Shown here one piece after another: positions 1-8,150 of a DNA stretch of 24,000 bases. Source of the stretch: an uncultured Ignisphaera sp. (GTDB lineage Archaea > Thermoproteota > Thermoprotei_A > Sulfolobales > Ignisphaeraceae); assembly GCA_964447975.1 (NCBI GenBank), contig CAYUUS010000001.1, positions 29,774-53,773 of the forward strand, written 5' to 3'. Numbering within the stretch: position 1 is the stretch's first letter; each line of letters starts with the position of its first letter. The position numbers and the translations under genes were made by a program. Under the pieces are notes generated by a model, which was not told the DNA's origin, searched no databases, and was given only the letters and a program-made list of their open reading frames with translations.

Positions 1-19
1 AGACACTCGGTGGATATAA

Positions 20-1573
20 TTGGGTGTTTCAAGTCTTCCACCTGAGGTAATAGCTAAAATAGCTGAAGATGCTATTGCTGCTCAAAAAGCTGACATTGCT
101 GTTATTAGAGAGAGACGTGGAGGTAAATTTGTAATACCTGATGCTGCTCCATATGTTGAAGCTACAAAGAAGATGGCTGCAGTTGGCCCTATGAAGAAGG
201 AGGTTATAGATCTATTTGTTGCAAGTGTGGTTGCACACTATGATATTCTAAATGAGATTGCTGTTGATAAAACTATTGTTCCTGAAGACGATCCCTATGT
301 AGAGCATTACCAGACACCTGTAGTTCTCGAAATTCTATATGAGCTTGATCCCAAGTTTAGAGAATCTGTTGAAAAGTTTGTAAAGGCTTTAGAGGATAAT
401 AAAGGGTTTATAGGTAGAGAGCTTGTTAGAAAATATGCAGGTTTCTACGGACCTACATGTGTAGTTGATTTTGCTTATGCTGTTGGTGGGATGCCTGGAA
501 TCCATGCAGCCATTTTGGAGAAGCTAGATATTCCAAAAGAACACAAAGAAACTATATTAGCTGCTAAGAGCTGGGGTATGGCTACAAGCTATGGCTTTGG
601 AGCAACATTTGATGCTGCTGTTGAAGCTGGTAAATCTCTCGATGAGGCTGTGAAAGAGGAAATTGAAGCTTTAAAGAAGATGTGGCTAGAGCCTGTAAAG
701 ATGCAGATAGAGGTTATGAAGGCTGTTGGCCATAGAAGCTTTGATCCAGGAACATATATGAGTAAATTCAAAGATAGAATTCTCCCATATATAAAAGCCG
801 CGCTTAACGCAGGTGTACATCCAGCTAATCTAACAGTTGTACCAGCATATGGAGTTGGTGATGTAGGTCACCACATATCTCAAAGCATGTATAACATGGC
901 TAAAGACGATATGGTTATGGCGATTCTAGAAGCTGTGACAGATGTATTAGATGCTACATTAACTAAAGGTGTTAAAGAGGGTCTTATAAAAAGCGAATAT
1001 GATGTCTTAACAGCAGCTGGTAGAACTCTAGCTGGTGCTACAACATTTATACTTGAATTAGATGGATTTACAGCTGAAACTGTTGTTGATATGCTTGTTA
1101 AGAGATTCCATAACTTCGTAATTAAGTATCCAACTAGAAGCCCAGCAGCTGAGTTACATAATACAGACTTCATTGATCTTCTCATGAGAGGAGCTGATGC
1201 TATTAGACCTTCACCATTTGGAAGAGACGGATATGTGTTAAAAGGCCTTAAAATCGATCTATCACCAGTAAAAAGAAATGTTGTATTAATGAATCCACAG
1301 AGATATACCTATCCAGGATGTGCAATAACAGTAAGATTCTCATCACTTATGAGATTAGCTGACTTTCCATGTCTATTAACAAGCGAGCCTGTTACAGCAA
1401 CAATCAACACATATATTGTAGCTCTACATCCTGAGAAGCCAATAGCACCACCACCAATATGTAAAGCATGTGGTGTTAGCCAGACATTCCTGAGCGGCAG
1501 ATGTAAGTGGTGCTGGTATAGAATAGGTATAGCCAAGGAGGTACCTTTAACAGCTGGAATAGAAGCTGCATAA
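20..1573 (+). CDS. Uncharacterised conserved soluble protein, 517 aa, with a C-terminal CxxC-x10-CxxC zinc-ribbon-like tail. Family not recognised with certainty (possibly a DUF2193-type archaeal protein, from memory only).
   Basis: Long uninterrupted ORF. An in-frame TAA at 17-19 makes TTG at 20 the first possible start, and GGTGGA (9-14) precedes it. The tail reads CKACGVSQTFLSGRCKWCW. An oligo-T tract follows at 1619-1630. The antisense ORFs inside it are short and low-complexity. Confidence 0.7.
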   Translation: MGVSSLPPEVIAKIAEDAIAAQKADIAVIRERRGGKFVIPDAAPYVEATKKMAAVGPMKKEVIDLFVASVVAHYDILNEIAVDKTIVPEDDPYVEHYQTPVVLEILYELDPKFRESVEKFVKALEDNKGFIGRELVRKYAGFYGPTCVVDFAYAVGGMPGIHAAILEKLDIPKEHKETILAAKSWGMATSYGFGATFDAAVEAGKSLDEAVKEEIEALKKMWLEPVKMQIEVMKAVGHRSFDPGTYMSKFKDRILPYIKAALNAGVHPANLTVVPAYGVGDVGHHISQSMYNMAKDDMVMAILEAVTDVLDATLTKGVKEGLIKSEYDVLTAAGRTLAGATTFILELDGFTAETVVDMLVKRFHNFVIKYPTRSPAAELHNTDFIDLLMRGADAIRPSPFGRDGYVLKGLKIDLSPVKRNVVLMNPQRYTYPGCAITVRFSSLMRLADFPCLLTSEPVTATINTYIVALHPEKPIAPPPICKACGVSQTFLSGRCKWCWYRIGIAKEVPLTAGIEAA

Positions 1574-1618
1574 CATAGATACAAAGCAATGGAATAGACA
1601 ATAATATATCTTAAATCA

Positions 1619-1630
1619 TTTTTCTTTTTT
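1619..1630 (+). terminator. Oligo-T tract (TTTTTCTTTTTT), candidate archaeal intrinsic terminator for the 517-aa gene
   Basis: T5-C-T6 about 45 nt downstream of the stop at 1571-1573. Archaeal RNA polymerase terminates at oligo-T runs. Confidence 0.4.
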
Positions 1631-1654
1631 ATCTAGTTTGTAAAAGCTTTAAAT

Positions 1655-1686
1655 AGCTTTCTCTATATTGAGAAAAGCTTATATAT
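1655..1686 (+). promoter_or_regulatory. Candidate promoter region of the aquaporin gene: imperfect palindrome AGCTTTCTC-TATATT-GAGAAAAGCT followed by a TATA-like TTATATAT
   Basis: TTATATAT (1679-1686) lies about 40-47 nt upstream of the ATG at 1726, with GAGGTG (1715-1720) between them. The palindrome arms at 1655-1663 and 1670-1679 pair over 9 bp with one bulge. Confidence 0.3.
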
Positions 1687-1725
1687 CCCACTAAGCATAG
1701 TATATCTAATAGATGAGGTGAGTAT

Positions 1726-2442
1726 ATGTCTAGCCAAAGAACCCAACCAACACTAGCACAGATATTTATTGCAGAGATATTTGGCACATGGGCACTAACA
1801 TTATTTGGACCAGCTTCAGTCATAACATTAATATCAATACTTGGCGGCGGTCCTGCAGCATTGTTTGGCATAGGTGCTGCTTTCGGCTTTATCGTCATGA
1901 TAATGATATATGTTCTGGGACACATCTCGGGTACACATATAAATCCCTCTGTAACAATAGCTCTTTCGGTAATAGGTAGAGTTCCCACTAGGCTTGTAGG
2001 GCCATATATAGTTGCACAAATTATAGGTTCTATAATAGCTGGTCTCTGTCTCTACGGCTTCTACCCAGTTGCGGGTAAGGCTGTACATTTCGGTTCTACT
2101 TTACCAGGTGCTGGTGTAGGTGATGGAGCAGCTGTAGTCATAGAAATTCTTCTAACTATGTGGCTATTATTTGTAATCATGGGTGTAGCTGTTGATAAAA
2201 GAGCTCCACCTGGCTGGGCTGGCTTCACCATAGGCATGATAGTTGCAGCTGATATATGGATAGGGGGACCTTTAACAGGAGCCAGTATGAATTTTGCAAG
2301 ATCCTTAGGGCCTGCAATTGCAGCTGCTATGGCTGGTGATCTACTTCCATTATCTAAGGTTTGGATCTATTTAGTAGGACCTATAATAGGGGGTATAATA
2401 GGAGCTGCTCTCTATGAATACATATTTAAACCAGCAAAATAA
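1726..2442 (+). CDS. MIP-family channel (aquaporin/aquaglyceroporin-like, AqpM-like size), 238 aa, with non-canonical NPS and NFA boxes
   Basis: Typical MIP signatures: HISGTHINPSVTIA (first hemi-pore) and GASMNFARSLGPA (second hemi-pore). Six hydrophobic segments. GAGGTG sits 5 nt upstream of the ATG. Confidence 0.9.
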   Translation: MSSQRTQPTLAQIFIAEIFGTWALTLFGPASVITLISILGGGPAALFGIGAAFGFIVMIMIYVLGHISGTHINPSVTIALSVIGRVPTRLVGPYIVAQIIGSIIAGLCLYGFYPVAGKAVHFGSTLPGAGVGDGAAVVIEILLTMWLLFVIMGVAVDKRAPPGWAGFTIGMIVAADIWIGGPLTGASMNFARSLGPAIAAAMAGDLLPLSKVWIYLVGPIIGGIIGAALYEYIFKPAK

Positions 2443-2486
2443 ATAAACTAGAAACTCAAATTAAATAGTCCTTAAATCAATACAAA

Positions 2487-2497
2487 TTTATTTTTTT
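2487..2497 (+). terminator. Oligo-T tract (TTTATTTTTTT), candidate terminator of the aquaporin gene
   Basis: T7 run at 2491-2497, about 50 nt downstream of the stop at 2440-2442. Confidence 0.4.
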
Positions 2498-2667
2498 AAT
2501 ATATAAAAATTTATATAGGGATTTGCTACAATAATTTTGCTACAAAAAGGTATAGATACATTGTTATTTGATGTACAGTAATTAATGTATGGTAGCAATG
2601 TCTACTATACATCACAACTAAATAGAAAGGGCAGCTATATAACAAATCAAATCTCATCTTTATAAAA

Positions 2668-3450
2668 TCAGATGTCTATAAGTCTAATCATCTTTGCTAT
2701 ATCTTTAGCAGCTTTAGCAGCTAAGCTGTTATTTGGTAGATAAATTAATGGTTTTCCCAACATATTGTATTCTTGTATTACGGGGTCTTCAGGAAGAATG
2801 CCAGCAACTTTATAGCCTATGGAGTTTGCCCAGCTATATAGCTTTTCCTCAACATTTTTTGGAAATCTATTTCCAACCACATAAATTTCTTCAACATCGA
2901 TTTTGACCTCTTTAATGATCTCTTTAATTCTTTCGGCTGTTTTAAAACCCATAACAGAAGGCTCTACAACAACTATCATTGTATTGACATGTCTATCTAA
3001 TCTTCTATTTAAATGCTCTAAACCTGCTTCCATATCTATTAAAACCACATCATAATTTTGAACAAGTTTACTTAAAATGCTAGAGAGAATTGAATTGACA
3101 TAACAATAGCAGCCTTCACCTTCTCCTCTACCCATAGCTATAAAATCAAATTCACTTGCCTCAACAATGCAATCCCTCATAATAACGTATTCTAAAAGAG
3201 CTCTTTTTTCAAATCCGAAGCTATTTAGTTCGTGGAATCCCTTTCTAAATTCTTCAGCAACATCACCAATAGTTTTATTAATGCTTAGCCCCAAAGCCTG
3301 TGGAAGATTTGTTGCTGGATCAGCATCTACAACAAGTATTTCCTCATCTTTAGAATTCTCTAGAAGAGTCTTAAGTAAAAGTACAGTAAGTGTAGTTTTA
3401 CCTGCACCTCCTTTCCCTGAGATAGAAGCATAGAAAGGTCTCTTGACCAC
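2668..3450 (-). CDS. cooC: CooC/AcsF-family nickel-insertion ATPase (MinD/ParA-type P-loop), 260 aa, second copy at the distal end of the ACDS operon
   Basis: Deviant Walker A GKGGAGKTT. CxC metal motif in GEGCYCYVNS. GTG start at 3450 preceded by GGTGGTG (3458-3464), with no nearby in-frame ATG. Starts 16 nt after the RACo stop. Confidence 0.85.
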   Translation of the reverse strand: MVKRPFYASISGKGGAGKTTLTVLLLKTLLENSKDEEILVVDADPATNLPQALGLSINKTIGDVAEEFRKGFHELNSFGFEKRALLEYVIMRDCIVEASEFDFIAMGRGEGEGCYCYVNSILSSILSKLVQNYDVVLIDMEAGLEHLNRRLDRHVNTMIVVVEPSVMGFKTAERIKEIIKEVKIDVEEIYVVGNRFPKNVEEKLYSWANSIGYKVAGILPEDPVIQEYNMLGKPLIYLPNNSLAAKAAKDIAKMIRLIDI

Positions 3451-3466
3451 GTTAAAGCACCACCTA

Positions 3467-5317
3467 CTAGCTAGGTCTCCAAGGTTTAATATCTCTACTT
3501 GCCTGTCTCCATGTTGGAAACAGCTCTTTTTTACCTGGTAGCATAAAACCTACTTGGTATTCCTCCATAAAATCTGGATCTAGCATAAGCTCTATTGTTG
3601 CAAGAGTTTTAGCAACTCTTTCAGCCTCTATTCTATACTCTTTTGATATAAGAGTTAAAATAGCTCCGCCTAAAGAACCGTTACCTATATAGGTTATTTG
3701 GGCATTTGGAAACTCAGGTATCATGCCAATGGCTATAGCACTATTTAGATTAAGATAGTTGCCAAAGGCTCCACAGACAAACACTCTTCTAATATCATGT
3801 ACACTAAGAAACATTTTCTTTAGCAAAATTGATATAGCGCTACAAACAGATGACTTAGAATCTATAATATTATATAAATCTTCTTCAGACACAACAATAT
3901 CTCTTCCAGTACCAGATTCATTGGCGGGTACAACAATATATTCATATCCCTTCTCCCCTCTTCTTATATATGGACATTCACAATCTTTATAAAACTTCCC
4001 AAAGAAATCTATTAAACCATTTATAAACAGTTGTGCAAGAAGATCTATATAGCCTGAGCCGCAGATTCCAATAGGCTTTACATTATCTATTGTCTTGTAT
4101 ATTGCTTTACATGTTTTTGGATCTATGGATATACTTTCAATAGCACCAGCAACAGCTCTAACACCGTGTGTTAAACCCCATCCCTCAAATGCGGGTCCCG
4201 CAGGAGCTGTTGTACCTATGAACCATTCTTTACAACCGATTACAACCTCTGTATTTGTGCCAATGTCTATTAAAAGAGCAGGATCTTCAGAAAAGTTTAT
4301 TCCGGCTGTTATTATATCTCCTACTACATCGCCTCCAAGAAACCTTCCAGCACATGGCAACACATATACATCTGCATTTTCATTAACATTCAGCCCAAGA
4401 TCTCTTGCCTCTAGCCAATAAGGTGTCTTAGCAACCTCAGCTCGTTCTTTAAATGATTTTATCAATGGATATGGATCTAAACCAACAAATAGATAAGTCA
4501 TTGCTGTATTTCCAGCTACAGATACCATGTATATATCATCTTTTAAAATTCTATGCTTTTTACATAATGCATCAACAATAGTATTTATGGTCTCTACAAT
4601 AGCTTTTTGAAGAATCTTTAAACCATTCTTTTTATCTAAAGCAACTCTAATCCTAGAGATTATATCTTCACCATATATAAGCTGCTTATTGAAATCGGAA
4701 GCTGTGTCTATAACTCTACCTGTTGAAACATCAACTAAAGTCACAGCAACTTTTGTTGTACCTATATCAATAGCTAGCCCATAAACCTCTTTTCCAACAA
4801 CATCGAAATTCAAAATTTTCTTGGATTCTTCATTGACAATAGCATAGAGGTTGTTAACTCCTTTACCAAGGATTTCAAAAAGCTTAGCTTTTAACTTATA
4901 TGGAACATTGTATGTGGATAGAATTCTCTGAACATCTAATGGGATAAAAAGCTTTTGTGAGATATATGGTTTTGGCACTGCTTTAGGTAGTGTGACAAAA
5001 GATTGAAGCTTAGGTCTACCCATTTGGCTATCTATAGGAACCTCTATTTCCACATCCTCTACAATTTTAGCTAAGCAGGCTAAGGTATATCCCTTTTCAA
5101 TCTCCTCAGATTTTAAAAGCTCACTTCTTTTAAACTCCACTTTACCTCGTCTAACAACAACTTTGCATTTTCCACAGAGCCCCTTACCACCACAAATACT
5201 TCTAATACCAACACCACACCTTATTGCTGCATCAAGAATTGTTGTGCCTTTGGATACTTCAATGGTTATGTTATGTGGTAAGAAATGTACCTTGGCATTG
5301 AGATCTTCATTTGACAT
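3467..5317 (-). CDS. Reductive activase of the corrinoid iron-sulfur protein (RACo type): N-terminal 2Fe-2S ferredoxin domain plus ASKHA-fold ATPase, 616 aa
   Basis: Plant-type ferredoxin motif CGGKGLCGKCKV. ASKHA phosphate motifs AIDIGTTKV and LIDIGTNTE. Size and position next to cdhE match corrinoid activation proteins of CODH/ACS clusters. Confidence 0.85.
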   Translation of the reverse strand: MSNEDLNAKVHFLPHNITIEVSKGTTILDAAIRCGVGIRSICGGKGLCGKCKVVVRRGKVEFKRSELLKSEEIEKGYTLACLAKIVEDVEIEVPIDSQMGRPKLQSFVTLPKAVPKPYISQKLFIPLDVQRILSTYNVPYKLKAKLFEILGKGVNNLYAIVNEESKKILNFDVVGKEVYGLAIDIGTTKVAVTLVDVSTGRVIDTASDFNKQLIYGEDIISRIRVALDKKNGLKILQKAIVETINTIVDALCKKHRILKDDIYMVSVAGNTAMTYLFVGLDPYPLIKSFKERAEVAKTPYWLEARDLGLNVNENADVYVLPCAGRFLGGDVVGDIITAGINFSEDPALLIDIGTNTEVVIGCKEWFIGTTAPAGPAFEGWGLTHGVRAVAGAIESISIDPKTCKAIYKTIDNVKPIGICGSGYIDLLAQLFINGLIDFFGKFYKDCECPYIRRGEKGYEYIVVPANESGTGRDIVVSEEDLYNIIDSKSSVCSAISILLKKMFLSVHDIRRVFVCGAFGNYLNLNSAIAIGMIPEFPNAQITYIGNGSLGGAILTLISKEYRIEAERVAKTLATIELMLDPDFMEEYQVGFMLPGKKELFPTWRQASRDIKPWRPS

Positions 5318-5377
5318 TAGAGTGTCGCCGATAAATTTAATGAATTAATAGTAAAATAAGAAAACATGATAAATGTT

Positions 5378-6826
5378 TTATATTCCCTCCATAAACTCTT
5401 TAATCTTTTCAGAGGTCCAAGTTTTTTCCAAGAACTTTCCAATTTCGCTTGAATCTTGAGGACCTACTATAACTCTCCACTTTGTTGCATCTTCTATTTC
5501 ACCAGAGACTCTAGCTGATTTACCAGGTATTATCAATATTCTATGCTTTACCTTGTTTTCAAGTCCCGTAGACTTTATTAGCTCAGCTACCTTATCACCT
5601 GTGAGCTTTCTCCCTGCTACAGCTACATCAACAGCTAGACCCTCTGTATCTATGACTAAGAGCCATGCATCAACCTTTGATTTTTCAGCGTCGCTTAAAA
5701 CTATTGAATATGTTAAAGCATAGTTTGTAGTTACAAGAACAGGGCTCATCTCACTTGGTTTTCCAATTTCCCTTAATCCAGCAGGCACTGAAACGGGTTT
5801 TCTAGGGTCTGTATATAGCTGAAATCTCCACATTACTTGTGGTAGAATTGTCCACCCATCTAGAGAATGCATTATAACTAAATCAGCGTAACGTGTCATG
5901 AGAATTGTTGTTAATATTGTTTCCCACCACATTATATCTCTTGGATCCCCACTCATCTGAGTCCATACAGAGATAGGTGTTGCTATCAAAGGATATCCAG
6001 CATATCTCCATAGATCATAAATAGCTTTGTATCTTAGCCATGAAAATGCCTTTACCGTATAGGATAACCCGCCTAAGCCTAGAAAACACCCAGGGTCTAA
6101 TGCAATGTCTTTTAAACCTATATCTTCAGTTAAAGTCTTTGCTAAAGATGCTAAACCATCTAAATCACCAGGAGATGCAACGGTGAGTGGAACATCGAAT
6201 CTTTTTGCGATCTCTGCCATTTCTCTCCAGTTATCCTTTGTAGCAGCATAGATCAATGGTCTATGATGGGGTGGGTTAAGAACATTTAGTGCAGCTTCAA
6301 TTATATTTGGATTTGTAGAGCAGAGGATAAGGGGTAGAGAACTATTTTCAACAATTATTGAAACAGTCTTTGCAAATTGCTTAGGGTCATTAGCTGTCGA
6401 TCTAACTGCAATTAGATCAAGCTTAAGCTTCTGCCCTACATATTCATATTCAAAGTTTTCAATCATTTTTATTCTTTTTATAAGGGTTTCTTTATCCATA
6501 GAATCATCGACATCAATTGCTATAGCTGTGGGGTTGTGGTATCTGAGTTCATGTCTATACAAAACATATTTGCCACCAATTTTAACGATTTTGCTAGGGC
6601 TTTTTAGAGTAATTTCCTTTATAGGTGGCAATAGAAGAGATTTTAGCTTTTCATAGCTTTCTCTATACCTCTCCTCCTCAACAATAGGTAAACAATCCTC
6701 AATTTTACTCTCAAGGCTGGCAAGCCTAACTGCAAATGCCATGCAATTTGCTTCACCACATTTCCCACAGTTTGTTTTTGGTAAAAGCTGATATATTTGG
6801 ATTGGTGTCGGAGGCCTCCAGGGCAT
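5378..6826 (-). CDS. cdhE: ACDS gamma subunit (corrinoid Fe-S protein large subunit), 482 aa
   Basis: N-terminal 4Fe-4S motif CGKCGEANCMAFA. GGTGAT SD 5 nt upstream of the ATG. One nt separates the cdhD stop from this start. Confidence 0.92.
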   Translation of the reverse strand: MPWRPPTPIQIYQLLPKTNCGKCGEANCMAFAVRLASLESKIEDCLPIVEEERYRESYEKLKSLLLPPIKEITLKSPSKIVKIGGKYVLYRHELRYHNPTAIAIDVDDSMDKETLIKRIKMIENFEYEYVGQKLKLDLIAVRSTANDPKQFAKTVSIIVENSSLPLILCSTNPNIIEAALNVLNPPHHRPLIYAATKDNWREMAEIAKRFDVPLTVASPGDLDGLASLAKTLTEDIGLKDIALDPGCFLGLGGLSYTVKAFSWLRYKAIYDLWRYAGYPLIATPISVWTQMSGDPRDIMWWETILTTILMTRYADLVIMHSLDGWTILPQVMWRFQLYTDPRKPVSVPAGLREIGKPSEMSPVLVTTNYALTYSIVLSDAEKSKVDAWLLVIDTEGLAVDVAVAGRKLTGDKVAELIKSTGLENKVKHRILIIPGKSARVSGEIEDATKWRVIVGPQDSSEIGKFLEKTWTSEKIKEFMEGI

Positions 6827-6827
6827 T

Positions 6828-8150
6828 TCAAATCACCGGTAGTTTTGTTGAGAGCCAGTTCAAAGCTTTTTCATGTTCCTTTGGCTTAGGCTCTGAAAAT
6901 AGATACTCTCTAATACTCTTCATAGTCTTTACAGTTAGTGGATGAACAAGCATATAGTAATCTGCACCCGTAAGTAGACATATAATGCTTGTCAAGGTCT
7001 CCCACAAAGGTCCTCTTATCTCCTTAGGACCCCAGTAGGGATCCATAGTAATCCAGGCTTCTCTAGCACCCCAAGCATTTGCTGCCCCAACATTAAATGG
7101 ATGTTGAAGTAGCTCATTGCCTATTAAAGCTGCTAGTCTTGCTCTCTCCATGGCTGTAAAACCGTATTCTGTTCCATATCCTATGCCGCCAATATTTAAA
7201 TCAAGTATTATTCTATTCCTTGGTATCCAGTCATATACCTTTCTATTTATTTGCTCAGCTTTATCTAAATCCATTGGAGAGAAGTCTATTACGACGGCAT
7301 TTGTCTTAGCTATATAGGGACATACATTTTCAAGTTTCATATCCAAATTCAAGCTGTTTAATACAAGACCCTCTGATGGAAAAACCTCAGCAATTCTTCT
7401 AAAGACTGCAACATCTTTTTCTGGGTTCCCAGAACCCCCAACAACTATAGGAACTTCAACAGCTTGTAGAATAGCATCAACAGTTTTTACAGCCTCTTCT
7501 GGTGGAGCATCTTTTACTGTTGGATCTGTACTTACAAGGTGAATATCAATTGCTTCAGCACCGTATCTTTCAACCCATATTTTAGCCCATTCAACTGGGT
7601 TGTCAAGAGCATCTCCAAAAGCCAGTCTCACAGCTCTTGGTAAACCAATTCTCATGTCAAATACGTCTCCACCAAATGCTGGTGGATGTGGAGGTTTATA
7701 GCCAGTGAGATAGTAATATGCAGGCATAGTATGGCCACCAACTACTATGGTTTTCTTCCTTGTTCCACCTTCATCTCTAGAAGCACCAAGTTTAACCTCA
7801 ACAACTCTACCACTAAACTGTGGCATTGGTTCCTCAAAAGCTATTTTAGCGAGTTCAACAACTTTTTTAGCAACAACCTCAACAGTTTTTGCAACAGCAT
7901 ATCCAGCTTGAATCTCTGGCTTAGTCTCTGCAACAGCTTTGGGAGGTGTCACAACAACTGGTATCGGTAGCTGTATTTGTCCTTGGGTTGTTAATGTAAT
8001 TTCAAGTTCATCAGCTTCTATCTCAACGTTATAAAGCTCTACAACACCTTTATCCAAAGCCTCAGCAATCTTTGCAAGTAAACTGTATATTGATGCTTCT
8101 TGTCTTGCCTTCTCCTCCTCTTTTACATCTTTAGACTTTTCTCTACTCAT
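6828..8150 (-). CDS. cdhD: ACDS delta subunit (corrinoid Fe-S protein small subunit), 440 aa
   Basis: Position between cdhC and cdhE, size, and the VVGGSGNPEKD-type segment typical of CdhD/AcsD. The start overlaps the cdhC stop as ATGA (8147-8150). AAGGTG lies 7 nt upstream. Confidence 0.9.
   Translation of the reverse strand: MSREKSKDVKEEEKARQEASIYSLLAKIAEALDKGVVELYNVEIEADELEITLTTQGQIQLPIPVVVTPPKAVAETKPEIQAGYAVAKTVEVVAKKVVELAKIAFEEPMPQFSGRVVEVKLGASRDEGGTRKKTIVVGGHTMPAYYYLTGYKPPHPPAFGGDVFDMRIGLPRAVRLAFGDALDNPVEWAKIWVERYGAEAIDIHLVSTDPTVKDAPPEEAVKTVDAILQAVEVPIVVGGSGNPEKDVAVFRRIAEVFPSEGLVLNSLNLDMKLENVCPYIAKTNAVVIDFSPMDLDKAEQINRKVYDWIPRNRIILDLNIGGIGYGTEYGFTAMERARLAALIGNELLQHPFNVGAANAWGAREAWITMDPYWGPKEIRGPLWETLTSIICLLTGADYYMLVHPLTVKTMKSIREYLFSEPKPKEHEKALNWLSTKLPVI

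Noticed and set aside
589-1584. - strand ORFs 589-771, 880-1185 and 1309-1584 inside the 517-aa gene
   Set aside because: Short, Ser/Thr/Ala-rich antisense frames. The + strand ORF is far longer and has an SD-supported start.
1629-2088. - strand ORFs 1629-1988 and 1834-2088, and + strand ORF 1788-1979, overlapping the aquaporin gene and its promoter
   Set aside because: They overlap a gene with unmistakable MIP signatures. The alternative frames have no motifs or SDs.
2443-2667. Possible C/D-box sRNA or tRNA in the large intergenic region
   Set aside because: I looked for RUGAUGA/CUGA box pairs and for cloverleaf-like GC-rich stems on both strands. Only a weak TTGATGT and no properly spaced CUGA were found, and no tRNA-like structure. 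It is kept only as a low-interest repeat observation.
3759-4421. + strand ORFs 3759-3992 and 4095-4421 inside the RACo gene, and 3167-3433 inside the distal cooC
   Set aside because: Antisense shadows of well-supported - strand genes, with no independent signals.
6643-6945. 62-aa - strand ORF 6643-6831 and 69-aa + strand ORF 6736-6945 at the cdhD/cdhE junction
   Set aside because: They overlap the conserved N-terminal Fe-S motif region of cdhE and the C-terminus of cdhD in other frames. The junction is already explained by a TGA-A-ATG coupling with a GGTGAT SD.
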